Positions 1 through 11,869 of a DNA stretch of 64,000 nucleotides are shown one piece after another. The notes beneath the pieces were generated by a model. It saw nothing but the letters and a program-made list of their open reading frames with translations, searched no databases and was not told the origin of the DNA. The stretch lies in contig CAWEYG010000005.1 in NCBI GenBank assembly GCA_963813155.1, positions 1-64,000 of the forward strand, given 5' to 3'. The stretch's first letter is position 1. Every line of letters begins with the position of its first letter. This stretch comes from an uncultured Acidobacteriota bacterium. GTDB lineage: Bacteria > Acidobacteriota > Thermoanaerobaculia > UBA5066 > DATFVB01. The translations under genes and the position numbers were made by a program.

Positions 1-2627
1 TGGGAGAGGTCTACAGGGCGAAAGACCCGCGGCTCGGTCGCGAGGTCGCAATCAAAGTCCTGCCCTCGCACCTGTCGGACAACCCGGAGCTCAAGGGACG
101 ATTTGAACGCGAAGCCAGGGCCATCTCTCAGCTGACGCATCCGCACATCTGCACGCTCTACGACGTCGGCTCGGAAAACGGCGTCGACTTCCTCGTCATG
201 GAGCTGCTCGAAGGGCAGTCTCTCGCCGATCGCCTGGAGAAAGGACCGCTGTCCACCGATCAAGTTCTGAAGTTCGGCGTCGAGATTGCGGACGCGCTGG
301 ATCGGGCCCACCGCGCCGGGATCGTCCACCGGGACCTGAAGCCCGGCAACATCATGCTGACGAGGTCCGGCGTGAAACTCCTCGATTTCGGCCTCGCGAA
401 AGTCGCGGCCGCGACGGAATCTCCCTCGGGGCTGTCCTCCCTTCCCACCCAGGCGGCGTCCCACCCGCTGACCGAGAAGGGCACCGTCATGGGCACGTTC
501 CAGTACATGGCTCCAGAGCAGCTCGAGGGAAAGGACGCCGACGCGCGAACGGACATTTTTTCGTTCGGCTGCGTGCTCTACGAGATGGCCACCGGAAAGA
601 AGGCGTTCACCGGCGCGACCCAGGCGTCCCTCGTCTCGGCGATCCTGCGCGACGAGCCGAGGCCCATCTCCGAATCTGTTCCGATGGCGCCGCCCGCGCT
701 CGACCGGCTCGTGAAGGGATGCCTCGCGAAAGATCCCGAGGACCGGTGGCAGAGTGTCCGCGACGTCCGAAACGAGCTCGTCTGGATCGGCCAGGCGGGC
801 TCGCAGGCCGGGGCCGCGGCTCCCGTCGTCGCGCGCCGCAAGAACCGGGAGCGCCTTGCCTGGGGCGTCGCGGTTGTCGCGGCAGCCGCGGCGGCAGCAG
901 CTCTCGTCGCGGAGGTGCGCTCTTCGAATCGGATCGCGGCGCTCGAGAGGCCGGCGCGATCCTCCATCGTCCTGCCGGAAAAGACGGCCGTCCGGGGAGT
1001 CGCGCTCTCTCCCGACGGCCGCCGGCTCGCATTCGTCGCCCGGGACGCCTCGGGCCAGAGCCTGCTGTGGGTCCGCGCGATCGACTCTCTTTCGGTCCAA
1101 CCCCTCGCAGGAACGGCGAATCCTTCCTTCCCGTTCTGGTCGCCGGACAGCCGCTCCGTCGCGTTCTTCTCCGAGGGAAAGCTCAAGAAGATCGATGCCT
1201 CCGGTGGACCATCACAGACGATCTGCGAGGCGCCGGAGGGAAGGGGCGCGAGCTGGAGCCGGAACGATGTGATCGTGCTCGCGCCGGTCGTCGACGGTCC
1301 GCTGTTTCGCGTTCCTGCCTCCGGCGGCGCGCCGGTGCAGCTGACGAAGCTCGATCCGAAGCGGGGCGAGACCAGCCATCGCTGGCCTTTCTTCCTGCCA
1401 GACGGCCGCCGATTCCTCTACCTCGTCGCAAACTTCGCCTCGCCCGGAAACGTCGCGGGAATGGGGATCTACCTCCGCGACCTCGATTCGGGCTCGGAAA
1501 TCGCCGTCTCGCCCGCTCGGTCGAGCATGGAGTTCGTCCCGGCGAACGGCGGCGCAGATGGATCCCTGCTCTACTTCAAGGACGGAAACCTGGTGGCGCA
1601 GCCCTTCGACGGCCGACGAGCCGCCGGAGAACCGGTCCCGATTGCTGAAAACATTCAGTATTTTCCGCAGACGCAATACGCACTGTTTTCCGCGTCCCAG
1701 AATCGGACCCTTGTCTACCAGGCCCGGGTCGCTTCGGGCGTCTCGCAGCTCGAGTGGCTCGACCGGGACGGAAAATCGGCCGGAACCCTCGGCGCGCCCG
1801 CGAATCAGGCAAACCCGCGAATCTCCCCCGACGGCTCGCGCGTCGCCCTCGACATCACCGATTCCGAGTCGGGAAATACCGACGTGTGGATCTACCAGGC
1901 CTCCGGCGGCGTTCCGACGCGGTTCACGTCCGACCCGGCGATCGACTCGCAACCGGTCTGGTCCCCCGACGGGAGCCGCCTCGTCTTCATGTCGCTGCGC
2001 AAGAGCCATCCGGATCTGTATGAAAGGAGTGCCAGCGGCGTCGGCAGCGACACGCCGATTCTCGTCGACGAGAAGACAAAATACGCGACAGACTGGTCCC
2101 GGGACGGACGGTTTCTCCTCTTTCGCTCGATCGACGAGAAGACGAACTTCGAGCTCTGGTTCCTTCCGACCGCGGGCGACCGCAAACCGACGCCCTTCCT
2201 GAGGAACCGGTTCGGGTTCAGTCATGCCCAGTTCTCTCCCGACGCGAAATGGGTGGCCTATGCCTCCAACGAGTCGGGGAAATGGGAGATCTACGTTTCC
2301 GCGTTCCCGGACGCGGGCGGCAACTGGAAGATCTCGAGCGCCGGAGGCTCCGAGCCGAGATGGCGGCGCGACGGCAAGGAGCTTTTTTATCTGGCGCCCG
2401 ACGGAAAGCTCATGGCCGCCGCCGTCAAGGAAGGGCCTCCTTTCGAGGCGGGCGCCGCGACCGCGCTCTTCCAGACGCGGCGGCGCGAGCGTATTTCCGC
2501 GACCGACCTCTTCAGCTACGACGTGTCCGCTGACGGGCAGAAATTCCTCGTCAACACGGACGTCGGCGAAGTGGCCTCGTCGCCCCTGAATCTGGTCCTC
2601 AACTGGGGAACGGACGCGAAGCGGTGA
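1..2627 (+). CDS. Ser/Thr protein kinase with TM helix and C-terminal TolB-like (PD40) beta-propellers; 5' end outside window
   Basis: Frame open from window start ([18 protein letters not shown]); [20 protein letters not shown] kinase motifs; hydrophobic helix; many W/F-SPDG repeats. Confidence 0.95.
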   Translation, partial: GEVYRAKDPRLGREVAIKVLPSHLSDNPELKGRFEREARAISQLTHPHICTLYDVGSENGVDFLVMELLEGQSLADRLEKGPLSTDQVLKFGVEIADALDRAHRAGIVHRDLKPGNIMLTRSGVKLLDFGLAKVAAATESPSGLSSLPTQAASHPLTEKGTVMGTFQYMAPEQLEGKDADARTDIFSFGCVLYEMATGKKAFTGATQASLVSAILRDEPRPISESVPMAPPALDRLVKGCLAKDPEDRWQSVRDVRNELVWIGQAGSQAGAAAPVVARRKNRERLAWGVAVVAAAAAAAALVAEVRSSNRIAALERPARSSIVLPEKTAVRGVALSPDGRRLAFVARDASGQSLLWVRAIDSLSVQPLAGTANPSFPFWSPDSRSVAFFSEGKLKKIDASGGPSQTICEAPEGRGASWSRNDVIVLAPVVDGPLFRVPASGGAPVQLTKLDPKRGETSHRWPFFLPDGRRFLYLVANFASPGNVAGMGIYLRDLDSGSEIAVSPARSSMEFVPANGGADGSLLYFKDGNLVAQPFDGRRAAGEPVPIAENIQYFPQTQYALFSASQNRTLVYQARVASGVSQLEWLDRDGKSAGTLGAPANQANPRISPDGSRVALDITDSESGNTDVWIYQASGGVPTRFTSDPAIDSQPVWSPDGSRLVFMSLRKSHPDLYERSASGVGSDTPILVDEKTKYATDWSRDGRFLLFRSIDEKTNFELWFLPTAGDRKPTPFLRNRFGFSHAQFSPDAKWVAYASNESGKWEIYVSAFPDAGGNWKISSAGGSEPRWRRDGKELFYLAPDGKLMAAAVKEGPPFEAGAATALFQTRRRERISATDLFSYDVSADGQKFLVNTDVGEVASSPLNLVLNWGTDAKR

Positions 2628-5212
2628 CCTTCTCCCCCGGTACCCGTCTCGGGCCGTACGAAATCCTCTCGCCGCTTGGCGCCGGCGGAATGGGCGAAGT
2701 CTACCGGGCGAAGGACACGCGGCTCGGACGCGAGGTCGCCATCAAGGTCCTGTCCGAACGATTTTCTTCCGACCCCGGCGCCCTGGCCCGCTTCGAGCGC
2801 GAAGCGAAGGCCGTGGCGTCGCTGAACCATCCGAACATTCTCGGGATCTTCGATTTCGGGGTCGACGGGGGCCGCGCCTACGCCGCCACGGAGCTCCTCG
2901 AGGGCGAGAGCCTCGGCACGCGCCTGGAGCACGGAGCCCTCTCTCAGCGGAAGGCGGTCGAGATCGCGATCCAGATCGCGAACGGCCTCGCGGCGGCCCA
3001 CGAAAAAGGCGTCGTCCACCGCGACTTGAAACCGGAGAACATTTTCCTGACGCGCGACGGCCGGGTCAAGATTCTCGACTTCGGGCTCGCGAAGATGAGC
3101 TTCCTTCGAGACGTCCGCGACGAACGCCCCGACGAGCCCCCCGCTGACGGAGCCCGGCGCGGTGCTGGGGACCGTCGGCTACATGTCGCCGGAACAGGTG
3201 CGGGGGCGCGAGACGGACCCCCGAACGGACATCTTCTCCTTCGGCGTGATCCTTTTCGAGATGCTGACGGGGCTGCGCGCTTTCAACCGGGAGTCCGCCG
3301 TCGAGACGATGAGCGCGATCCTGAAAGAGGAGCCGCCGGAATTCCTCGACTCGGGCCGGAAGATTTCGCCCGCGCTCGACCGGATCGTGAGGCACTGCCT
3401 GGAAAAATCGCCGGGGTCGAGATTCCAATGCGCCGGCGACGCGGCCTTCGACCTGGAAGCGTTCACCGGCTCGGCCGCCGAATTCCCATCCGAGAACCCG
3501 AAAGATCGTCGGCGGGTCGGTTCGAGCGCGAAGACTCGCTTTCGGCGCCCTCGTCCTCGCCCTGCTCGCGACCGCCTTTTGGGCCGGGAGACGCGGCGTC
3601 TCTCGCCCCGCGCCGAGTTACCGGCGCGTGACGTTTCAGCGCGGATCGATTCACAACGCGCGCTTCACGCCGGACGGCGAGACGATTCTCTACAGCGCCT
3701 CGTGGAACGGCCGGCCGAGCGAAATCTTCTCGACGCGGATCGACAGCAGCGAGTCGCGGCCTTACGGGGCCCCGCGCTCGACGCTTCTCGCCGTCTCCTC
3801 CCTCGGCGAGCTGGCCTTCTCGACGGAAGTCCGGGAGGGCCTCGGGCCCTTACCTGACCGTCGGAATCGGCACGCTCTCGCGCGCCGCGCTCGCCGGAGG
3901 CGCGCCGCATGCCGTTCTCGACGGCGTGCAGTTCGCGGACTGGTCCCGCGACGGGCGCGACCTGGCGATCATCCGCACGGTCGGCAACAGGAACCGCCTC
4001 GAATTTCCCGTCGGAAAGGTCCTCTACGAGACCGGCGGGTGGATCGGAAATCCGAGGGTTTCTCCGAAGGGCGACCGCGTCGCCTTCCTGGACTACACGG
4101 GCTGGGGAGATCCGGGAGGCTCGGTGGCGGTCGTCGATCTCTCCGGAAAGAAAACGACCCTCGCCTCGGGCTTCAACCGGCAGGAGGGGCTCGCCTGGAC
4201 CCCGGACGGCAAAGAGGTCTGGTTCACCGCGACCCGATCCGGCTCAGCCCGATACCTCGCGGCCGTTACGCTCTCGGGACGCGAACGCGTTGTTCTCAGG
4301 GAGATGGGCGCGCTCACCATCCACGACATCGGGCCCAACGGCTCTGTGCTCATGTCCCGGGACGAGCTTCGGCGAGAGCAGTACGCGCTCGTTCCCGGCG
4401 AGACGGCGGAGCGGGAGCTCTCGTGGCACGACTACTCGGTTCCGGTCGGCATCTCCGCCGACGGGCGAACGATCGCGTTCGAGGAATTCGGCGACTCCGG
4501 AGGCGCCGCGCACCACGTCTACGTTCGAAAGACCGACGGTTCCCCCGCCATTCAGATCGGAGAAGGGGAGTCGATGGCGCTCTCCCGCGACGGCACGAAG
4601 GTCCTTTCGCTCGCCGGCCATTTCTCCCGGCACCCCGAGTTCTGGGTCCTTCCGACGGGAATCGGAACACCGCGGCCGATCCCGACCGAGCCGATCGACT
4701 ATGACGTCGCCACGTTTTCGCCCGATGGATCGAGAATTTTCTTCGCGGCCCATTCGCCGGGGCACGCTTCCCGCGTGTTCGTGCAGGACGTCTCGGGCGG
4801 CGCTGCGCGGCCCGTCACGCCCGAAGGGATCTCGACGGGCACGACGGACTTTTTCCCCGTCTCCCCGGACGGCACCCGCCTCCTCGTGCGGGACCAGGAG
4901 AAGCGAGCTTTCAGCTGGCCGATCTCGGGCGGAGCGCCCGTCCCCCTCCCGGGAATCGCTCCCTGGGAGTCGGTCTTCTCGTGGACGGAGTCGGATACGG
5001 TCTGCGCGTCCGACTATCGCGAAGTTCCGCTGCGGGTCTTCCGGCACAACCTGGCCGACGGCTCGCGCAGGTTCTGGAAGGAAATCCGGCCGGCCGACCT
5101 CACGGGAGTGCAGAACCTCGACATTCTCATCCCCACTCCCGACATGAACGGGTACGCCTACTCGTTCCTCCGAAGGCTTTCGGACCTCTTCGTGGTCCGG
5201 GGGCTGAAGTAA
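2624..5212 (+). CDS. Second Ser/Thr kinase-TM-PD40 protein, split by about 3 frameshifts (near 3100, 3530, 3855)
   Basis: [23 protein letters not shown] in the first frame; [10 protein letters not shown] in the next; TM helix [16 protein letters not shown] and SPDG repeats in later frames; GTGA overlap with the upstream stop. Confidence 0.85.
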
Positions 5213-5233
5213 CGATTCCCTCCCCCGAAGCCT

Positions 5234-5249
5234 CGGCCCGGTCCTTGCA
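5234..5249 (+). promoter_or_regulatory. Putative sigma54 -24/-12 promoter
   Basis: CGGCCCGGTCCTTGCA (GG-N10-GC), followed by GGAGG and the TTG start at 5271. Confidence 0.5.
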
Positions 5250-5270
5250 CTGACCCGCCGCGGAGGACGC

Positions 5271-6936
5271 TTGACGATTTCGATGAAGCCCCGCTCTCTG
5301 CAGCGCTACAAGGACATCGCCTCGTTGCTCTGGAAATACGGGCGGGGAGACCTCGCGGAGAAGCTCGGCCCGGGCGCCGCGCCCGAGAGCACTCCCGCCG
5401 CCACGGCGAAGGCCGAGGAGCTCGCCCGCGACCTCGAATGCCTCGGGCCGACGTACATCAAGCTCGGCCAGATCCTTTCGACGCGCGCCGATCTGCTCCC
5501 CGCCCCATATCTCGAAGCGCTGACGCGGCTGCAGGATCAGGTCGAACCAGTTCTCGTTTTCGGAGGTCCAGACGATTGTCGAGGAAGAGCTCGGCGCTCG
5601 AATCTCAAAAGCTTTTTCGTCCTTCGATTCCGATCCGGTTGCGGCAGCCTCGCTCGGGCAGGTGCACCGGGCGGCGCTCCGCGACGGCCGACCTGTCGCG
5701 GTCAAGGTCCAACGCCCGAACATCCAGGAACAGATCCTCGACGACGGCGAGGCGTTTCAGGAGATCGCGGACCTGATCGACCGCCACGTGCGCGGAGGGC
5801 GGGAGCATGCCTATCGCGACATGGTTGTCGAGTTTCGAAAGACGCTCGCGGCCGAGCTCGATTACCGACAGGAGGCCCGGAATCTGGAGACCATCGGCGA
5901 GGAGCTCGCGGCGTTCCGTCGAATCGTCGTGCCGCGGCCGGTCTGGGACTACACCTCGTCGCGTGTTCTCACCATGGACTTCGTCGCGGGAACCAAGATC
6001 ACCGCTCTCAACCCCGTCGTCAAGATCGACATCGACACGAGTGCGCTTGCCGACGAGCTCTTCCATGCTTATTTGAAGCAGGTCCTTCTGGACGGCTTCT
6101 TTCACGCCGACCCGCATCCGGGCAACGTCTTTCTGACCGATGATCACTGCCTGGCGCTCCTCGACCTCGGGATGGTCGGCCGCCTTTCGGAATCGGTCCG
6201 CGACCGGCTTCTTCGTTTTCTGCTCGCTGCAAGCGAAGGAAACGGCGAGAAAGCAGCCGAGCAGGTGGTCGAGCTCGCCCGACCGGCCGAGGACGCGAGA
6301 CCGGAGGAGTTTCGCCGCTCCGTTTCGGACCTCGTCGCCCTTTACAGCCGCGCCACCGTCTCCGATCTTCAAATGGGAAGCGTCCTGATGCAGATCAGCC
6401 GATTCTCCGGCGAGACCGGAATGACTCTGCCCGCGGAGCTCACGACCGTGGGAAAAACGCTGCTTCATCTCGATTCCATCGGCCGAGCGCTCGACCCGGA
6501 GTTCGACCCAAACGCTTCCATCCGCAGCCACAGCGCGAAATTGATGTCGCAGCGGATGCGCCAGGAATCCCGGCCGGCAAATCTCTACGCTTCGCTCCTC
6601 GAGGCGAAGGAGTTCATCGGAAAGCTCCCGGATCGGGCGGGGAAAATCCTCGATCTCGCCGCCAACAACTCCTTACGAGTGAAGGTCGATGCGATCGACG
6701 AACAACTGCTGATCGAAGGTCTCCACAAGATCGCCAACCGGATCGCCCTCGGGTTGATCCTCGCCTCGCTGATCGTGGGCGCGGCTCTTCTGATGCAGGT
6801 TCCCACTCGGTTTCAGATCTTCGGCTATCCCGGCTTCGCGATTCTCCTCTTCCTCGCAGCGGCGGCCGGCGGGATCGCCATCGCCCTGAGCATCGTCTTC
6901 GGAGACCGGACGAGACGCGAACCCGAGCGCCGCTAG
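5271..6936 (+). CDS. ABC1/AarF/UbiB-family atypical kinase, one frameshift near 5549
   Basis: [20 protein letters not shown], then [35 protein letters not shown] in the shifted frame; two C-terminal TM helices. Confidence 0.9.
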
Positions 6937-6947
6937 CCCGGCCGCCA

Positions 6948-7391
6948 TCATCGCCGCGGGGTCTCCAGTTCGACCAGAATCGCGTGCAGCCGGGTGTTCC
7001 CGATGTTCTCCGTGCGATGGGTGACGGGCTCCCGGAAGCGAATGTCGCCGGCCTGGAATTCGACGACGTCGCTCTTGCCATCCGGCGTCGAAATTCGCAG
7101 CGTGCCGCCGGTCACCACGTAAACAACGAACGCGGGGTGCGTGTGCCAATCTTCTTTGTCGCCGGGATCGCTCTTGAATTCCAGCACCCGAACGCGGTCG
7201 TTCTCGAGCTTGACCTGGACGACCTTCGGCGTCACCGTCGCGGCGTCCTGGGGGGTCGTTTTCATAGCGTTCCTCCCTTCTCCCGAGATGGAACTCCTGC
7301 ATGCCACGGCCAGCGCAGCGCCCGCCGCTGTGAGCGCGTGAATCACGTCGCGGCGGTTCATCTTGGACGCTGAAATCTCTTTCCAGGACAT
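6948..7391 (-). CDS. Cupin-domain protein with possible Tat/lipoprotein signal
   Basis: LENDRVRVLE...WHTHP...VTHRTEN cupin motifs; NRRDVI and LAVAC near the N-terminus. Confidence 0.75.
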   Translation of the reverse strand: MSWKEISASKMNRRDVIHALTAAGAALAVACRSSISGEGRNAMKTTPQDAATVTPKVVQVKLENDRVRVLEFKSDPGDKEDWHTHPAFVVYVVTGGTLRISTPDGKSDVVEFQAGDIRFREPVTHRTENIGNTRLHAILVELETPRR

Positions 7392-7469
7392 CTTGCGCGG
7401 CCCGGTCTCGAATACTGCCAGAGGCGGAGCGCAAACACTTCGTTCGGGATCAAAGTGTCGATGTGGCGG

Positions 7470-8222
7470 TCAAATCCGCTTCGCCTCCATGACCAGAAAG
7501 TCGGGGATGCTCGACCGAAACGATCTCATTGTCGCGTCCGGCTCATCGGCACCTGGATCGGTTCGCGGTTCGACGAATGCTGTCACCGCGAGCCCGCTGT
7601 CGCGCAGAGCCTGGAAATAGTCGGTGAGGCTTCGGTGATAATGGTTGTGCCCGCCTTCGAAGACCGTCGCGCGCCAGACCGCCGGCTCCAGGTAACCCGT
7701 GACTTTTCGGAACGGCCGACCGCTCTCGTCCTCCCGGGAGACTGCGAAATTGTAGAAGCACGGGTGGCGAAGCGAGAAAACGAACCGACCACGACGGGCG
7801 AGACAGCGGCGGACGTCTCGAAATAGATCCTGCACGGCCGGGATCGCCGTGACCAGCATATGGGAGACGATCAGGTCGAAGCTCCGATCGGGGTAGGGCA
7901 GCCCCAGCGAAAGATCGAATTGCTCGAACTCGACTTCGGGACAGATCTTTCTGGCCTGTTGGAGCATCTGAGTGGAGCCTTCGATTCCGCGCACCCGGGC
8001 CCCCGCGTCGCAAAGCGCCCGGGTCATCCAACCCGGGCCGCAACCCAGGTCGAGCATGCGCTTTCGGCGAACGTCTCCGATGATCTTCCAGACCGCCTCG
8101 GTGAATTGCAGGAAGATCCGTCCCTCCGGAGAGGCAGCGCGATCGAGATAACCGGCGGCGATGCGGTCCCAATCTGCCAGATCGCGCTCCGCGGCGCTGC
8201 CCACCTCCGGTGTCTTCGCCAT
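7470..8222 (-). CDS. Class I SAM-dependent methyltransferase
   Basis: MLDLGCGPG motif I, SFDLIVS, GRFVFSLRHPCF, YHRSLTDY; ATG at 8222 preceded by TACAAT. Confidence 0.85.
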   Translation of the reverse strand: MAKTPEVGSAAERDLADWDRIAAGYLDRAASPEGRIFLQFTEAVWKIIGDVRRKRMLDLGCGPGWMTRALCDAGARVRGIEGSTQMLQQARKICPEVEFEQFDLSLGLPYPDRSFDLIVSHMLVTAIPAVQDLFRDVRRCLARRGRFVFSLRHPCFYNFAVSREDESGRPFRKVTGYLEPAVWRATVFEGGHNHYHRSLTDYFQALRDSGLAVTAFVEPRTDPGADEPDATMRSFRSSIPDFLVMEAKRI

Positions 8223-8365
8223 TCTTGAAGAAATTGTAACCGGCCCGGCCCGCCTTTCCCAATCTCCGGTGCCGACATCGCAGCGACGAGCTATGCTTTC
8301 CGCGTGTCCAGGTGGCTGCAACGAATCCGGGATGGGCTCCGATCTGAGCGAGGGGGCGGACCCGC

Positions 8366-9619
8366 ATGAAAATCTCGGACCTCCGCCGGGAGGGTCCGGC
8401 TCGCGTTGCAGCCACGATCGTCTGGGAGGAATCCAACGGTCCAACACAGGAAATCTTTTTCGAGACCGACGACGAATTCGGACCAGCCCTGAATGCCGAT
8501 CCCAACGCCTTTCTTCTTGCGGCTTACTTTCCCGCGATCCGCCACGGCGAAAAGCGAATTGCCATCGCTGGTCCCATCAGCCCTCGGTTGCGCGACGGAC
8601 TCCGCGGGGTCGCGGCGCTGTTCCGAGCCTGGTTCGGCGGCGCACGGAAAGAGCCTCGGCTCGAGTCGGCTCTCGGGTTTGTGCCTCCCGAGCCGAGGGT
8701 ACCGGCCCGGGCCGCTTCGTACCTGTCGGGAGGCATCGACTCCCTCTTTACCCTGCGCAAGAATCGCCAGGAGATTCCTTCCGATCATCCCGATTCGATC
8801 CAGGATCTCCTTTGGCTAGTAGGACGGGACTTTCCAGGGGCCGAAAGCTCACCCGAAGCGGTCCACCACGGAAAACGACTCCTTGACGTACTCGGCGAAA
8901 TCGCGCGAGACGCCGGCGCCACGCTCATTCCCGTGCGAACGAACGCTCGGTGCCTCGAGCCCGACATTGTTTTTTTCGGGTACGAGTTCCAGGGGGCCTA
9001 CCTCGCCTCGGCAGCTCTCGCGCTCGCGGGACGGTTCAGCGTCGTCTCTTTCTCCTCCGGGTGGGAAATGGGCAGACTGATCCCCTGGGGATCGCACCCT
9101 CTGGTCGATCCCAATTTCGCGACCGAAGCCGTAGCCTTCCGGCACGAAGGCGCCGCCTACGGTCGGGCGGAAAAGCTTGGGACGATTTCCGATTGGGAGG
9201 CCGCCGTCCGGAACCTTGTGGTCTGCAACGAAAATCCGACGGCGGCGTCCCTCAACTGCGGCCACTGCTACAAATGCGTGGAGACCATGACCTTGTTGCT
9301 GTCGAAGGACCTCCTCTCCGTCGCGAGACAATTTCCCTCTTCGGATGTCACCGCCGAGATGGTCGATGGTCTGACCCTGGCGCCAAATCTGCGGTCCTCT
9401 TTCACCGAATATGCGGGCTTCTGGAGGACGATGATTCCGGCACTCGCGTCGCGCGGGCGCAAGGATCTCGTCGAAGCGATCCGCGCCAAGCTGGCCGACT
9501 CACGTCGTCTGGAGTTGTGGCTCCAAGAAAGGGACTGGAAGGGGCGGCTCAAACGCCTGGATCGCCGGCTCACGGGAGGATTCGGGATGAGCGCCTTCCG
9601 CGCCCTTCGCCGACCCTAG
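8366..9619 (+). CDS. PP-loop (adenine nucleotide alpha-hydrolase-like) protein with Cys cluster
   Basis: LSGGIDS PP-loop; PWGSHP; VVC-x7-NCGHCYKC, a QueC-like metal-site pattern. Confidence 0.7.
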   Translation: MKISDLRREGPARVAATIVWEESNGPTQEIFFETDDEFGPALNADPNAFLLAAYFPAIRHGEKRIAIAGPISPRLRDGLRGVAALFRAWFGGARKEPRLESALGFVPPEPRVPARAASYLSGGIDSLFTLRKNRQEIPSDHPDSIQDLLWLVGRDFPGAESSPEAVHHGKRLLDVLGEIARDAGATLIPVRTNARCLEPDIVFFGYEFQGAYLASAALALAGRFSVVSFSSGWEMGRLIPWGSHPLVDPNFATEAVAFRHEGAAYGRAEKLGTISDWEAAVRNLVVCNENPTAASLNCGHCYKCVETMTLLLSKDLLSVARQFPSSDVTAEMVDGLTLAPNLRSSFTEYAGFWRTMIPALASRGRKDLVEAIRAKLADSRRLELWLQERDWKGRLKRLDRRLTGGFGMSAFRALRRP

Positions 9620-9667
9620 TCGGCCCCGATCGCTTCGCGCCACTCCCGTAGTTCCCACTTCACCACG

Positions 9668-11407
9668 CTACCGGGTTAAGCCCACGATTGCGAAGCCGAC
9701 CTTGCTGCCCGGCACGGTTACCCAACCTTCGCTGGCGGCCCAGTTCGGAATCTCACTTGCCCAGGCCCAGCGAACTCCCACCCTTTTCCAGGCTGCGAAG
9801 ATCTCGCGCCTCTCCGAGGGGGAGACACCCCAGAATTGTGCAACGGCTTCATCGGGGATTTCGCTGACGATTCGAGCCCCGATCAGAGGCGCAAAGGTCG
9901 CTGGAAAGGAATCGCCGACCGAAGCCATTCGGTCGCCCCGATGAAAACCCATCTGCATCGCGCTGGATGCGGTCGCCCACAACGGATCGCCCTTGTGAAA
10001 GGTTCCTCGTGCAAGATCGGCGACTCCGTGGCGAAGCGTTCCCGGAAGCGAGAGAGCCGCCGGGACGCAGCACGTCAGCCCGACGACAAAAAGGATCGCC
10101 CCGCCCGCACCTCTCATGGAAGCGGCGGTTTCACCCGGTAGGAGACACGAATAGGAGATAACCCACGCGATGGCCACCAGGCCTGCCAGGTATCGCGGCA
10201 AGATCAAGACGAGAACGTACAGAAAAATTCCGCCACAGCACCACGCCAGAATCCACAATCTCTCCGACGGCAGCCCGATCGGCCGCCGGCCCATGGCAAG
10301 CAGGAGCAAGGTCAGCAGACCGGCAATGGAGACCGGCTCTGTCAGAAGAAGCTCCGCCAAAAACGTCGTATCCGCGAGGAAGCGCTTCGCCTGGCGCCTC
10401 CATCTGAATCGAATCCTGAGCCCTTCGAAGAAGTGAGGCCTTCCAAGGCCTTTCACGACCGTTCCCGGCAGTTCACCAAAATCGTAGACCGGCGGATTCC
10501 GATGGATCAGCCCCGGGGGTGACGCGGGGACGCCGTTTTCACCGGCCTCAAGCCAACCGTACGATGCGCCATTGACGCACCAGGCATAGTTCAGGCGACC
10601 CGCCGCGCCCGTCGTGAAGCGCCCTTCGCGAATTGACAGAACGATGACGAGCGGCGCCACGCACAAGGTGTAGGGCAGAAGCAAAGCCGTGAATCTCGCG
10701 ACTCTCGAACCATGGGCATTTTTCCACAGTCCGATGAGCAAGAACACGATCAGCATGAGCCCGATCGGGAGCAGCACGGCCTTCGCGACATATCCCGCAC
10801 CGAGAACGGCCCCGGTGACCATCAAGAGAGGTCGCGATGCGACCCCGCGCAGGACCCGCAAGCCCAGACCCGCTGAAGCGAACAGAAATGCGGCCACAAG
10901 GAGATCGGGCGACACGCGCCAGATGCCGATCTGATCGAACGATGCCACGACAAACGTCCCGGCGCCAAAAATGATCCATGGCCAACGTAGCCCTTCGCCC
11001 CCCTTCTGACCGAGGTCGCACGCCTCTCGAAGGAAGAAGCCAAACGCAATCAGGGCAAGTACGAAAATGCCGAAGTTCACCAGATGAACGCACGGAAACA
11101 GCCATTCCGGCGCCGGTCGGAGCAGCGCAAACACCCCACCCAGGAGCATCGGATACATCGGGCTCCAGAAAGCATTGATCCCACCGGCCACGTCGCCCCG
11201 CCGCCAGGAATCCGCCAGATCGAGATAAGACACGCCATCCGGGTTCATCAAATTCCGATCACGCCACGCGAAAGCAAGGCCGGCGAGAAGGACAAAAGAG
11301 AAAACGGCCGTCGCCCTCGGATCCAACCGCGAAATGATCTTCGAAAGCCTCACTCCGATGTCCGGTTTGTGAGCTCCGATCGGTTCGGGTTGCGATTTCT
11401 CAACCAA
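9668..11407 (-). CDS. Multi-pass membrane protein, GT-C-like glycosyltransferase
   Basis: NPDGVSYLDLA after TM1, WSPMYP, SPDLL, GYVAKA, LPRYL; more than 10 hydrophobic segments; start uncertain. Confidence 0.7.
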   Translation of the reverse strand: MVEKSQPEPIGAHKPDIGVRLSKIISRLDPRATAVFSFVLLAGLAFAWRDRNLMNPDGVSYLDLADSWRRGDVAGGINAFWSPMYPMLLGGVFALLRPAPEWLFPCVHLVNFGIFVLALIAFGFFLREACDLGQKGGEGLRWPWIIFGAGTFVVASFDQIGIWRVSPDLLVAAFLFASAGLGLRVLRGVASRPLLMVTGAVLGAGYVAKAVLLPIGLMLIVFLLIGLWKNAHGSRVARFTALLLPYTLCVAPLVIVLSIREGRFTTGAAGRLNYAWCVNGASYGWLEAGENGVPASPPGLIHRNPPVYDFGELPGTVVKGLGRPHFFEGLRIRFRWRRQAKRFLADTTFLAELLLTEPVSIAGLLTLLLLAMGRRPIGLPSERLWILAWCCGGIFLYVLVLILPRYLAGLVAIAWVISYSCLLPGETAASMRGAGGAILFVVGLTCCVPAALSLPGTLRHGVADLARGTFHKGDPLWATASSAMQMGFHRGDRMASVGDSFPATFAPLIGARIVSEIPDEAVAQFWGVSPSERREIFAAWKRVGVRWAWASEIPNWAASEGWVTVPGSKVGFAIVGLTR

Positions 11408-11560
11408 TTTGCGCTGAATCGTATCATCGCGGATCGTTGCGATTTACCCTCCAACCGACGTGTCAAAGACGTGATTCGGTAACCTGGCAAAGCGTTGCCA
11501 TGAGATTCGCCGAGCTCTTCGAGATTCCGCCCGGGCATCAGGTGAGTGCTCGATTCAGGA

Positions 11561-11637
11561 TGGTGCGCCCGGAGGGATTCGAACCCCCAACCCTCAGATC
11601 CGAAGTCTGATGCTCTATCCAGTTGAGCTACGGGCGC
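11561..11637 (-). tRNA. tRNA-Arg (anticodon UCG), intact, CCA encoded
   Basis: GCGCCCG TA GCTC AACTGGATA GAGC A TCAGA CT-TCG-GA TCTGA GGGTT GGGGG TTCGAAT CCCTC CGGGCGC ACCA folds into a full cloverleaf. Confidence 0.95.
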
Positions 11638-11673
11638 GCAGCCGTGAAGTCTATGACGAGTGCAAGCCAAACG
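11632..11673. repeat. 42-bp direct repeat, copy 1 (tRNA 5' 6 nt plus leader and -10 box)
   Basis: gggcgcgcagccgtgaagtctatgacgagtgcaagccaaacg; 38/42 identical to 12943-12984; contains TAGACT on the minus strand. Confidence 0.9.
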
Positions 11674-11869
11674 ACTTACAAGGGTCACCCGCACGCGGAC
11701 GAGGTGCATGGGTCGAATTGTCGAGTCTGGAGTCCAAACTCAGGTTAGCTGACGAGCTTTGAGGACTGGGGTTCGTACGCCATGTCCAGGGGATCGCGAT
11801 ACCTGCTAAAGAAGTATCCTGAAGATGTAGCCTCTAAACTCGATACCTGGCTGATGGGAGAGCAGACCA

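Noticed and set aside
7400-7411. 12-bp match GCCCGGTCTCGA to 15350-15361 as an island boundary
   Set aside because: Short and GC-rich, could occur by chance, and is not part of the tRNA.
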